Origin: Sedimentisphaerales bacterium
Lineage (GTDB): Bacteria; Planctomycetota; Phycisphaerae; Sedimentisphaerales; SM23-30
Strand: one strand, 5' to 3'
Length of the DNA: 64,000 nucleotides
NCBI GenBank assembly: GCA_963666285.1
Contig: OY762711.1
Within the stretch, counting starts at the first letter, position 1, and each line of letters begins with the position of its first letter. Positions 22,902 through 31,920 of this stretch are shown in pieces. A model generated the notes under the pieces. The model was given only the letters and a program-made list of their open reading frames with translations. It was not told the DNA's origin and made no database searches. A program made the translations under genes and the position numbers.

Positions 22902-22919
22902 AAAGCACAGGAGAAAATA

Positions 22920-23486
22920 GTGGCTGAAGGCAAAGACGTAATTAGAAGTAATATTAAGAAGAAGATTTTAGCTTATTCACAAGACGAAATTAATGGTTAT
23001 AGCCGCGATATTTGCAATAATCTGCAATCAATAAATGAGTTTATTGAAGCTAATGTGGTTATGGCTTTTATTAGTATTCCAGGCGAGGTAAATACATCTT
23101 ACATTATAGATGAGTGTTTCAAGTTAGGTAAAAGCGTAGTTGTGCCAAAAGTAAACTGGGAAAATAATACCATGTTTGCCGTTCAAATTGCCTGCAAAGA
23201 TCAGCAATTAAAACCTAACAAATACGGGATTTTTGAACCAGAAAATTCCGACGAATATTCTGTTGAAGATATTGATTTAATAGTAGTTCCAGGCCTTGGA
23301 TTCGATGAAAATTTAAATCGGCTTGGTCGCGGAGGAGGATTTTACGACAAATATCTGAGCCAAAACGGGTGCAGAGCCTTCAAATGCGGGGTTGCGTTCG
23401 AGATTCAAATGCTAACCAATATGCTGGTTTGCGTGCATGACCAGAAAGTTGACCTGTTAATAACGGAAAAGCGTATAATACGTTAA
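22920..23486 (+). CDS. 5-formyltetrahydrofolate cyclo-ligase
   Basis: YGIFEP, VPGLGFD...RLGRGGGFYD and HDQKVD. Confidence 0.92.
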   Translation: MAEGKDVIRSNIKKKILAYSQDEINGYSRDICNNLQSINEFIEANVVMAFISIPGEVNTSYIIDECFKLGKSVVVPKVNWENNTMFAVQIACKDQQLKPNKYGIFEPENSDEYSVEDIDLIVVPGLGFDENLNRLGRGGGFYDKYLSQNGCRAFKCGVAFEIQMLTNMLVCVHDQKVDLLITEKRIIR

Positions 23487-23634
23487 GTTGTTTCAAAATA
23501 GTGCACTTACAGGGATTATTTTTCATAATTATTGAAAATAACTGTTGACAAATATATACAAAACACTAATATTTATAATTCTCAAATGAAAGAGAAATTC
23601 ATTTTCATTTGAGATGTCGGTTTTAATACCGGTG

Positions 23635-23708
23635 GGGCCTATAGCTCAGTTGGTTAGAGCATTCGACTCATAATCGAACGGTCCAAGGTTCGAGTCCTTG
23701 TGGGCCCA
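23635..23708 (+). tRNA. tRNA with CAT anticodon, most likely tRNA-Ile2 (lysidine); CCA not encoded
   Basis: Cloverleaf: GGGCCTA/TGGGCCC acceptor, TTCGA-CTCATAA-TCGAA anticodon arm, CAAGG-TTCGAGT-CCTTG T arm; lacks initiator features. Confidence 0.9.
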
Positions 23709-24957
23709 TCAGCTGTAAGTTATTAGAATTGCAAGATTTAGCAACTTTTCGCAAAGTCTCGCAGTTTTCCTGACTTACAGCTTTTTTTATGCGCTCCCCT
23801 GTTTTTTCATTCGAGCCGCTGCAAGCCAATTCTCGCATATTCTGCGCCGCATTTTGCGCCGCTTTTTTATAGTGTTCTTCGGTCACTTGCAGATAGTGTT
23901 TCATGGCAACCTCTGGCGTATTACCTAGCCATGCAGTCACCACCTGTATCGGATAACTTTCTACCAATTCAGTTTCCCTGGTAGCTCTCAGGTTTTGAAA
24001 CACCTTTGGCCACGGGTTTAACCCTGCTTTCTCAATTATCCTGTTAGCTTGTGTACGTAAGTTTGAATTATTCTCATCATATATAGTAATTATTCTGTTT
24101 TCACCATCGGGAGCAAGCTCAAAGGCTTCTCTCAGGAGCGGCAGCAGCTCAGGAAATATCGGCACAATTCGCGTTTCCCGACCTTCAATATGCTCGGTTT
24201 TTGGACTGCGAACAATAAATCGGCTCTTACTCCAATTAACATTATTCCACGTCAAGCCGAATAACTCGGAAGGAATACGCAAACCGCCATATCTGGCAAA
24301 TGCAAATATCAGCCGCCATTGAACATTAGGACAGGCTTCTATAACCTGCTGCATCTCATCACGGCCAATAAATACCATACGGTCGTTTGAGGTGCGGTTT
24401 GCAGTTGCAACATCAGCAAAAGGGTTCTCGGTAATAATACGTTTCTTAATTGCAGCAGCAAAAAACTGCTTTGCTATTTTACTACGTCTATGAACTGTCG
24501 GCATCGCGAGCCCCTACTCGATCAGATACGACCGAAAATTCTGGGCATCAAACGCTGTGAAGTCTTTAACTTGTTTATCGCCCGCAAAGCCTCTAAGATT
24601 ATTAGCGGCACTATTCCAGGTCTTTACAGTTGATTCCTTTACGTCAGTACGACTATCCATATAATCGGTAATCCACTTGCTTACTGTTGGATTTCCTTCG
24701 ATCTCCAGAGGCCGACACAGTTCAACCTTTACCAGCTTATCCCGCAAAACTGGGCTGATCTCATTAAGCCATTCAGCATCTAACCGAGAAGGCTCAACAC
24801 CCTGAATTTTAGCAGACAGTAGGCTTTCGAGCCGTGTTTTGAACGATTCCGCATCACGAACTGAACACTTGCCAATCCTGATCTGTTTGCGGTTGCCGTT
24901 GTGATCAACGAACGCAATACGCTTTTTGCCACCTTGATCTTTAATTAAACTCGCCAT
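23668..24957 (-). pseudogene. tyrosine integrase interrupted by one in-frame TAG (24514-24516)
   Basis: The two ORF-track pieces are in the same frame (…YLIE*GLAMPTV…); catalytic region GGLRIPSE, PKT, QNLR, WLGNT and HY. Confidence 0.88.
23689..23709 (+). repeat. attL core TTCGAGTCCTTGTGGGCCCAT
   Basis: Identical to 37960-37980. Confidence 0.95.
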
Positions 24958-24967
24958 ATTAACGTCC

Positions 24968-25141
24968 TTACTTGATTTCTGAGCGTTGAATAAATTCTCT
25001 GATCGCTGTTTCTGAGATTCTAACCTGGTTACCTGCCTTAAACGCCTTCAGGCTTTTATCTTTGTTTACAAGGTCCCAGACTCGCCTTTCTGACAGCTTC
25101 AACTTGTCAGCAACTTCCTTGTAACTGTAAAACTCATCCAT
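24968..25141 (-). CDS. excisionase-like helix-turn-helix protein, 57 aa (not in the ORF track)
   Basis: Own translation MDEFYSYKEVADKLKLSERRVWDLVNKDKSLKAFKAGNQVRISETAIREFIQRSEIK; AAGGA RBS; directly upstream of int. Confidence 0.8.
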   Translation of the reverse strand: MDEFYSYKEVADKLKLSERRVWDLVNKDKSLKAFKAGNQVRISETAIREFIQRSEIK

Positions 25142-25240
25142 TAATCTTATCCTTTCTGTAATAATATGTCATTACAATTTTGTAGTGAATATAATTTTTT
25201 TGCTTACGCTAAAAATATGAGCCAATAAATCTGACCGCGA

Positions 25241-25459
25241 TTAATAATAGTCAATCAACACAGCATCACTTTCATTTATTATCCCATCCGCCCATTCAAA
25301 TGCAATGTGGCTTGCCGCGTACAGCTCACAAGCATGCATATGCCATTGCTCGTTTAAGCCGCCGTAACAGTTCATATCAATAGCAATATCTATCATGGTA
25401 TCGCTTAATTCTTTTAGCCTTCCGGCTATTTCCTGTTTGCTTGGTGTATTTTGATTCAT
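25241..25459 (-). CDS. hypothetical protein of the element
   Basis: 72-aa ORF with AAGG RBS, co-directional with its neighbours. Confidence 0.55.
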   Translation of the reverse strand: MNQNTPSKQEIAGRLKELSDTMIDIAIDMNCYGGLNEQWHMHACELYAASHIAFEWADGIINESDAVLIDYY

Positions 25460-25564
25460 ATGTTAACCTTATTGGTTTTGTATTGTCTAACCTGGACGAA
25501 CGAACAGTCCGTAAAAAGGCCGGGGTCGATATGCCGCAGGTAAAAGACCTTTAGGAAGGACCCG

Positions 25565-26230
25565 CTACATTGCCTTTTTGAAACATTGCCCAATATTATC
25601 ACATTTTGGATTATCATTTATAGCTTTTAGACAATAATCAAGACCTTTTAGTAGTAGTGCCTGTTGTACGCTTTTGTAGTCATTTATATCAAGCCTGACA
25701 ATTTTTTTGCTTTTCCGATTTTTATTCCATCTATTGATAACTGTCTGAATTTGGTCTGAATATTCGGGTTTTAAGTTGGGACTGTATTCGTAAGAAATAT
25801 TATTTTTTATTTCTTTTATATTTTTTATATTATTAATATTATGGTTGGCTGTTATGTCCCTGTTTTCAGACAAATTGTCCCTAGTTTTGGACAACGTGTC
25901 TCTATCACAAGACAAAGTGTCCCCGATTCCAGATAGTGTATTATTACTTGATGGATGCTTATTAAACAGCAGCATGATCTCATCGCTAGCTACTAACACC
26001 CTGCGGGAATGACTACCGGTATTAACGATATATTTACTGTCTTTAAGCCGCTTAATTACCCGATTAATAGACCTTGTATGAGTATTAAACAATATTGCTA
26101 GTTGCTCATTACTTTGTTTAAGACCTTTTGGCAAGGTGGCTGATAAGACTAATATCTGAAGCTCATATGCCGAAGTAATACCAAGCCGATTAATTGCTAT
26201 CGGAAAACTACAATATTTTAAATCGCTCAT
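25565..26230 (-). CDS. putative replication initiator (N-terminal wHTH, internal iterons)
   Basis: SNEQLAILFNTHTRSINRVIKRL HTH; repeated DTLS units followed by an N/K/I-rich linker, as in phage initiators. Confidence 0.65.
   Translation of the reverse strand: MSDLKYCSFPIAINRLGITSAYELQILVLSATLPKGLKQSNEQLAILFNTHTRSINRVIKRLKDSKYIVNTGSHSRRVLVASDEIMLLFNKHPSSNNTLSGIGDTLSCDRDTLSKTRDNLSENRDITANHNINNIKNIKEIKNNISYEYSPNLKPEYSDQIQTVINRWNKNRKSKKIVRLDINDYKSVQQALLLKGLDYCLKAINDNPKCDNIGQCFKKAM
25855..25938. repeat. four imperfect 21-bp direct repeats (candidate iterons)
   Basis: TGTCCCTGTTTTCAGACAAAT / TGTCCCTAGTTTTGGACAACG / TGTCTCTATCACAAGACAAAG / TGTCCCCGATTCCAGATAGTG, next to an AT-rich tract. Confidence 0.75.
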
Positions 26231-26475
26231 AGATGCTTACCTTTTTTGCCTGCCTGATACGCAATGAAACGCTCAATATTAGGCATATCCAGCTCTATCC
26301 ACTGCATAATCTCTGCCGTTTTCCAAAATCGGCTTTTTCCTATTTTATAACTTGGTGGTATTTTTCCACCTGCCCGCCAATCTCTCCACGTCCTGGGGCT
26401 TACTCCAACAAGTTCTGCTACTTCTTTTTCACGCAATAAAAGCGGCTCTTTTATTGTTTTGTTATCACCTGACAT
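26227..26475 (-). CDS. AlpA/excisionase-like HTH regulator
   Basis: LLREKEVAELVGVSPRTWRDW...GKIPPSYKIGKSRFW. Confidence 0.8.
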   Translation of the reverse strand: MSGDNKTIKEPLLLREKEVAELVGVSPRTWRDWRAGGKIPPSYKIGKSRFWKTAEIMQWIELDMPNIERFIAYQAGKKGKHL

Positions 26476-26477
26476 AC

Positions 26478-26678
26478 TTACCTCCTCACCTGCATATTAA
26501 AGCAGCCTTGTTTAATCTGGATTGCCTGGCTTTTACTAAACAGCCTGATAATACCGATACGCTTTTTCGGCTTAATTCTCAGCTTACGTATTATGTAAGC
26601 TACCCGCTGCGGCGGCTCTTCAATGAAATCTGCAATTTCAGAAAGTGATAGAAGGTTAATTACTGCTAGTTCTGGCAT
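26478..26678 (-). CDS. small winged-helix DNA-binding protein, 66 aa
   Basis: ATG at 26678 with AGGAG RBS; LSLSEIAD...RVAYII...RIGIIRLF resembles MerR/Xis-like domains. Confidence 0.6.
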   Translation of the reverse strand: MPELAVINLLSLSEIADFIEEPPQRVAYIIRKLRIKPKKRIGIIRLFSKSQAIQIKQGCFNMQVRR

Positions 26679-26698
26679 TGGTATTAACTCCTGTAAAA

Positions 26699-27300
26699 TC
26701 ACGCACGCCTCCTGCATAGCAGGAGGTCTGAGGAAGGCCCCTAAAAGGGGCCGTTGGGTTCACTTACTTCAAATTATCTTCATTACGGTCTTTTATTAGT
26801 TGATTCTTGACATAATTCCTTATTACTTCAATGTCAAGTCCAACTGTACTTACATTATAACCTCGAGACCAAAAGCTCCTTCCAAACAAGTTACCTTGAT
26901 GGCGATCAAGTAGCCTGTTTATGCGGATAGCACTTTTGCCCTTCAAAAAACCTATCGCCATTGCAATACTATACTTAGGCGGAACACTTAAAACCATATG
27001 AACATGATCCTTAGCTAAGTTTCCCTCTATTAGTACAATATCCTTTTGACGACATAATTCTCGCAATATCTCTCTAATCTGAGTGCGATTCCTTTTAAAC
27101 CTTTCTATCCTACGATATTTTGGTACCATTACTATATGATACTTACAGTCCCATTTGACATGGGATTGACTTCGCCAGTCTTTCATTTTGGTTCTCCTTT
27201 CGCCCCTTCCAGGGCCTTCCGGAGAACCATTTTATACGCTTACTACGGCAAAGCCTTATAAATTCTCACCGGCAAAGCCGGTGGTTTACGCGGTTACAAT
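26699..27300 (-). mobile_element. IS200/IS605-family element, tnpA only (ends approximate)
   Basis: Subterminal hairpins at 26707-26727, 26736-26752 and 27267-27283; boundaries inferred by comparison with the uninterrupted duplicate at about 27506-27560. Confidence 0.8.
26764..27186 (-). CDS. tnpA: IS200/IS605 Y1 (HUH) transposase
   Basis: YHIVMVPKYR, DHVH, LKGKS, FWSRGY and YVKNQ. Confidence 0.95.
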   Translation of the reverse strand: MKDWRSQSHVKWDCKYHIVMVPKYRRIERFKRNRTQIREILRELCRQKDIVLIEGNLAKDHVHMVLSVPPKYSIAMAIGFLKGKSAIRINRLLDRHQGNLFGRSFWSRGYNVSTVGLDIEVIRNYVKNQLIKDRNEDNLK

Positions 27301-27371
27301 TAAATATAAATCTCAAAACTCAATGTAAAATAGCACGTCGCAATAACCGATTCAATTGCTAATTAAAATCG

Positions 27372-27420
27372 ATTGCTGTATATAGCAATTAATTTTTGAG
27401 ATTGCTATATATAGCAATCT
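27372..27420. promoter_or_regulatory. tandem palindromic operator-like sites
   Basis: ATTGCTGTATATAGCAAT (27372-27389) and the perfect 22-bp palindrome AGATTGCTATATATAGCAATCT (27399-27420). Confidence 0.55.
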
Positions 27421-27920
27421 TTTTACCTCAAACCGTTAGGGCTGACTAATTTTGAACACGTTGTCTAAGCTGATTATTTGTACCGAGCCTGCTTTGGTGT
27501 AAGCATTAACTCCTGTAAAAATAATCACAAATTACAAAGCTAAAAGTAAAATAGCACACGGCAAAACACGATACAATCGCAAAATAAAATACAACAGCAT
27601 ATATAGGGTTATTTTTTTTGAGGCCATACGGTAGGCCCTTTTTGCCACTTAAAACTCGTTATTTTATCTGGATTTTATAACGAGTAATTGTTGGCAAATC
27701 AGATTAGGATACTAATTTTCCACAGCTAGCCTCAAAGTATTGTTAAATAGAGACTTAATATTTATTTGCACGATTCAAGCGTAATTGGTATATTAGTATT
27801 TTTATGCGATTTTTAGGTAAATATGCCTGAAAAATGGGAATAACTTTGGCTAAATTGCTATTATTGCAGCCTGTTCCAGCCAGGTTGTAATTACTTGTTA
27901 TGTAAAGGATTATATAATAC

Positions 27921-30653
27921 ATGGAATTTAAGCTTACATTGGCTCGGTTAGAGAGCCTGTTAATGACCGCTTGTGACGATCTGCGCGGCAGCATGGATGC
28001 AAGCGAATATAAAGAATATATATTCGGTATGCTGTTTCTCAAGCGTGCCAGTGACTTATTTGATCAGCGTCAGGCAGAACTTAGAAAAGAGTTGTCAGAT
28101 CAGGGAATGTCTGATTCTGATATAGCAATAGAACTTGACGACCCGGATAACTATTCCGGCAAATACTTCTATGTACCTGCAAGGGCACGGTGGAATGTTG
28201 GTTGGTCAGAGGAAGTTATTAAAGATGGTGAGACTAAGACTATTGAGCACCCGGCTTTGAAGCATGTAAAAGAAAATGTCGGTACAACTCTGAATAAAGC
28301 TTTAGAAGCTATCGAGGATGCTAACCTTGACGCACTAGAAGACGTTCTAAAAGGTATTAACTTTAACCGCAAGATTGGCCAGCGTACCCTGGACGATGAT
28401 ACATTATCGAATTTTGTCCAAAACTTTGAAAAAATACCTCTAAAAGACGACGACTTTGAATTCCCTGACCTGCTTGGCGCAGCTTATGAATGGCTGATAA
28501 AATACTTTGCTGATTCTGCCGGTAAAAAGGCCGGTGAGTTTTATACACCTACTGAGGTTGTAAGGATATGCGTAGAAATATGTAATCCTCAGGAAGATAT
28601 GAGCGTCTATGACCCTACTGTTGGTTCCGGCGGTATGCTTATCCAGACCCGCGACTATCTGCGTGAAAATGGCAAAAAGGCCGAGGAGGTTGCATTATAC
28701 GGTCAGGAAAAGATTGGTACCACCTGGTCGATCTGTAAGATGAATATGCTGCTGCATGGCATATCACATGCCGATATACGTCAGGAAGATACCATACGAG
28801 AGCCGCAACATTTAGATGAAACCAACGAGCTGAAACGCTATGACCGGGTACTTGCAAATCCTCCATTCAGTCAGAACTATATCAAAAAAGACCTGAAATT
28901 CCCCGGTCGTTTCCCGGTAATGATGCCTGAAAAAGGCAAAAAAGCCGATCTTATGTTTGTACAGCATATGCTCTCTGTTCTCAAGCATAATGGCCGTCTG
29001 GCGACGGTAATGCCGCACGGTGTATTATTTCGCGGTGGTGAAGAAGCAGAAGCTCGTAAATATTTTATTGAGCATGGCTACCTGGAGGCAATTATAGGCC
29101 TGCCGAGTAATTTATTCTATGGTACTGGCATTCCCGCCTGTATCCTGGTTCTGAATAAAGACGGTGCAGCTCAACGCGATCACGTGTTATTTATCAATGC
29201 TGATCGGGAATATCGTGAGGGCAAAGCCCAGAACCACATCAGGCCTGAGGATATTGATAAGATTATCCATGCCTATCGCAGCGGAGAGGATATTCCCGCT
29301 TATGCCCGAAATGTGCCAAAAGCAGAAATAGCTGACGAAGGTTATAACTGCAATATTCGCCGATATGTAGATAATGCACCTCCGCCGGAGCCGCATGATG
29401 TGCGGGCTCATTTGCATGGCGGGGTACCAATTGTTGAGGTTGACAGCCTTGAGCATTTCTGGTCGAACTATGAGGGTTTGCGTGAAGATTGCTTTGTACC
29501 GCGAGATGAGACCTATCTCGATATTGCCCCGGCAATCAGTGAAAAACGCGAAATAGCAGATTTTATCAAAACGCATAAGTCTGTTACAGTCAGACATGAT
29601 CAATTTATGCAGCAGATTGAAACATGGTGGCAGAAGAATCTGCCAATAGTAGAGTCACTTGCTCCAGATGCTGAAAATCAGAGCGAAAGCTCTGGAAATG
29701 TTTATATTATGCGCAGCAGCCTGCTGCGTAGTATTGCCGAGGAACTGTCAGGCCAGAATCTGCTGACTAACTTCCAGGTAAGAGGTGCATTTGCGAATTA
29801 TGTTGATATCTTAAAGGCTGATTTCAAATCTATCGCTGCCAGTGGTTGGGGGCCAGAACTCATCCCGGATGAAGATATATTACAAAGTCAGTTCCCGGAA
29901 GTTCTGGAAGAATTGGAACAGGCACATAGTCGTATAGCAGAGCTTAACGCTCTCTTTGCTGCTGCCGATGAAGAAGACTTTGAAGATACCGAAGATACCG
30001 GGGTATTGCCAGGCTCTGAGGTGAAAGCAAAAAAAGAAGACCTGAAAGCCGCCATAGCCAAATGGAAAGCACACCTCAAAGAAATAAAGGCTCTGGCTGG
30101 CAATATTTATATCGAACTAAAAGCAGCAGGACAATTACCTAAGGATAAGAAAAAGGCATATTATTGCAGTGAGGGTCTGTCTCAGACAGATCCGGAGTTT
30201 GATAACGGCAATCGCATACTCGAATTAGCAGAAACTTCTGGTCTTCAATCTGAATATACTTCTAATATGGCCGATGAGATCCAGCAGGGCAAGGTTGCTT
30301 ATAGCCGGGCTCAGTCTATATTGAACAGCCTTACCAGACACAAAAGGCTGGAAGATGAAGCCAAAGAGCTAAAAGCCAAAATCAGAGCTATCGAAAATAA
30401 ACGCGATGAACTGGTAGAAAGTGCCAGGCTAAAGATATCTGACGATGAGGCCAGAGGTGTTATACTTGAACGGCTGCAAAAGGTACTGATGCGAACCTAT
30501 CAGGCTTATCTGCGAGCTGATGAACGGGCTTGTATAAAAGCAATAGAAAACCTCTGGAATAAATACGCAGTAACAGCTAAAACCATAACAGAACAGCGTA
30601 ATGCAGCTTCTGATAAACTGAATGAGTTTATGAAGGAGCTGGGTTATGAGTGA
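27921..30653 (+). CDS. hsdM: type I R-M methyltransferase subunit (m6A), long form
   Basis: [15 protein letters not shown] (motif I), ANPPF (motif IV) and PHGVLFRGG. Confidence 0.95.
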   Translation: MEFKLTLARLESLLMTACDDLRGSMDASEYKEYIFGMLFLKRASDLFDQRQAELRKELSDQGMSDSDIAIELDDPDNYSGKYFYVPARARWNVGWSEEVIKDGETKTIEHPALKHVKENVGTTLNKALEAIEDANLDALEDVLKGINFNRKIGQRTLDDDTLSNFVQNFEKIPLKDDDFEFPDLLGAAYEWLIKYFADSAGKKAGEFYTPTEVVRICVEICNPQEDMSVYDPTVGSGGMLIQTRDYLRENGKKAEEVALYGQEKIGTTWSICKMNMLLHGISHADIRQEDTIREPQHLDETNELKRYDRVLANPPFSQNYIKKDLKFPGRFPVMMPEKGKKADLMFVQHMLSVLKHNGRLATVMPHGVLFRGGEEAEARKYFIEHGYLEAIIGLPSNLFYGTGIPACILVLNKDGAAQRDHVLFINADREYREGKAQNHIRPEDIDKIIHAYRSGEDIPAYARNVPKAEIADEGYNCNIRRYVDNAPPPEPHDVRAHLHGGVPIVEVDSLEHFWSNYEGLREDCFVPRDETYLDIAPAISEKREIADFIKTHKSVTVRHDQFMQQIETWWQKNLPIVESLAPDAENQSESSGNVYIMRSSLLRSIAEELSGQNLLTNFQVRGAFANYVDILKADFKSIAASGWGPELIPDEDILQSQFPEVLEELEQAHSRIAELNALFAAADEEDFEDTEDTGVLPGSEVKAKKEDLKAAIAKWKAHLKEIKALAGNIYIELKAAGQLPKDKKKAYYCSEGLSQTDPEFDNGNRILELAETSGLQSEYTSNMADEIQQGKVAYSRAQSILNSLTRHKRLEDEAKELKAKIRAIENKRDELVESARLKISDDEARGVILERLQKVLMRTYQAYLRADERACIKAIENLWNKYAVTAKTITEQRNAASDKLNEFMKELGYE

Positions 30654-31920
30654 GTGGGTAGAGGCTACAGTAAAGGATGTGACAAAATATCAGAAAGCTG
30701 GAGGTACACCAAATACTAGTGTTAGCTCATATTATGGGGGCAGTATACCTTTTGTAATTATTGAGGATATGTCAAGCTGTTCGAAATATCTAACTTCAAC
30801 GAGAGACACGATAACGCAGTATGGGCTTAAAAATAGTTCTGCCTGGGTTATAACTGAGCCACATGTACTATATTCAATGTACGCTACGGTTGGAAAGCCT
30901 GCAATTAACTGCATATCTTGTGCTACTAATCAAGCCATTATTGCCCTTAAAGAAAATTCATTAATACTACGGGAGTTTTTATATTATCAATTGTTATTTA
31001 TTAGGCCATTTGTATACAAGTATACTTCGCAAACGACTCAATCTAATCTTAATGCTACTATTGTTAGAAATTTACCAATTAAGTACCACAGGGATATTTT
31101 AGTTCAAGATAAAATAGCTACCATTCTCCAAACTATCGATGATGCTATCGAAAAGACCGAGGAGCTTATAGCTAAATACCAGCAGATTAAGGCAGGCATG
31201 ATGCATGATTTGTTTACCAGAGGGCTTACACCAGATGGTAAACTGCGACCAACCAGAGAGCAGGCCCCTGAGCTATATTATGAAACACCTATCGGCTGGA
31301 TACCGAAAGAGTGGGAAGTTAACGCTTTTGGAGCATTGTTTGATATTCAGCTAGGAAAAATGTTAAGTAGAGCTGCTAAAACAGGAAAGTGGAATGCTTT
31401 TTATTTAGCAAATAGAAATATTCAGTGGGATGATATTGACTTTTCCGATTTAGAAGTTATGGATTTTCTTCCTCACGAACGTGAGAAATATAAACTATTT
31501 GAAGGGGATTTACTTGTTTGTGAGGGTGGAGAAGTTGGACGGACTGCGATATGGAGAAATGTAATGGATAATTGCTTCTATCAGAAAGCTATTCATAGAC
31601 TAAGAGCTAAATCAAATATTTCCCCTGAGTACGTATTACGATATATGCAATATGCAAAACTAAATTGTTTGTTTAATAATTATGTGTCACAAACCAGCAT
31701 AGCACATTTAACACGAGAAAAGTTGTCTCAAATTTTAATGCCTGTTCCCCAAACAGATGAACAAGAAAATATTAAAAACTATTTTGACGGCATTGATTCT
31801 AAAATTAAATCAGAAAAACAATTCCTTAATAAGCAGATATTATTAAAACAAGGCTTAATGCATGATCTGTTAACCGGCAAGGTGCCGGTTAGTGTAGATG
31901 AAGAGGTTGATAATGTCTGA
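30646..31920 (+). CDS. hsdS: type I R-M specificity subunit
   Basis: Two variable TRDs with conserved repeats [10 protein letters not shown] and [10 protein letters not shown]; overlaps the hsdM stop. Confidence 0.93.
   Translation: MSEWVEATVKDVTKYQKAGGTPNTSVSSYYGGSIPFVIIEDMSSCSKYLTSTRDTITQYGLKNSSAWVITEPHVLYSMYATVGKPAINCISCATNQAIIALKENSLILREFLYYQLLFIRPFVYKYTSQTTQSNLNATIVRNLPIKYHRDILVQDKIATILQTIDDAIEKTEELIAKYQQIKAGMMHDLFTRGLTPDGKLRPTREQAPELYYETPIGWIPKEWEVNAFGALFDIQLGKMLSRAAKTGKWNAFYLANRNIQWDDIDFSDLEVMDFLPHEREKYKLFEGDLLVCEGGEVGRTAIWRNVMDNCFYQKAIHRLRAKSNISPEYVLRYMQYAKLNCLFNNYVSQTSIAHLTREKLSQILMPVPQTDEQENIKNYFDGIDSKIKSEKQFLNKQILLKQGLMHDLLTGKVPVSVDEEVDNV

Noticed and set aside
22880..22920. 6S RNA upstream of the 5-formyl-THF cyclo-ligase gene
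   Set aside because: Only 18 nt separate it from ispG, leaving no room.
24514..24516. Pyrrolysine or genetic-code reassignment explaining the TAG in int
   Set aside because: TAG terminates ordinary genes in this window (e.g. the M3 peptidase and M48 protease) and no pyl genes are visible.
25855..25938. CRISPR array or other repeat-spacer array
   Set aside because: These repeats, and those at 62.4-63.4 kb, are contiguous, degenerate and intragenic with no unique spacers; no cas genes or arrays were seen in the window.
26679..26717. ORF-track start of the 79-aa ORF 26478-26717
   Set aside because: That ATG lies in the IS200 end hairpin; the ATG at 26678 has a proper AGGAG RBS.
27372..27420. 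LexA SOS boxes
   Set aside because: The palindromes do not fit CTGT-N8-ACAG or GAAC-N4-GTTC; they are kept only as unassigned operators.
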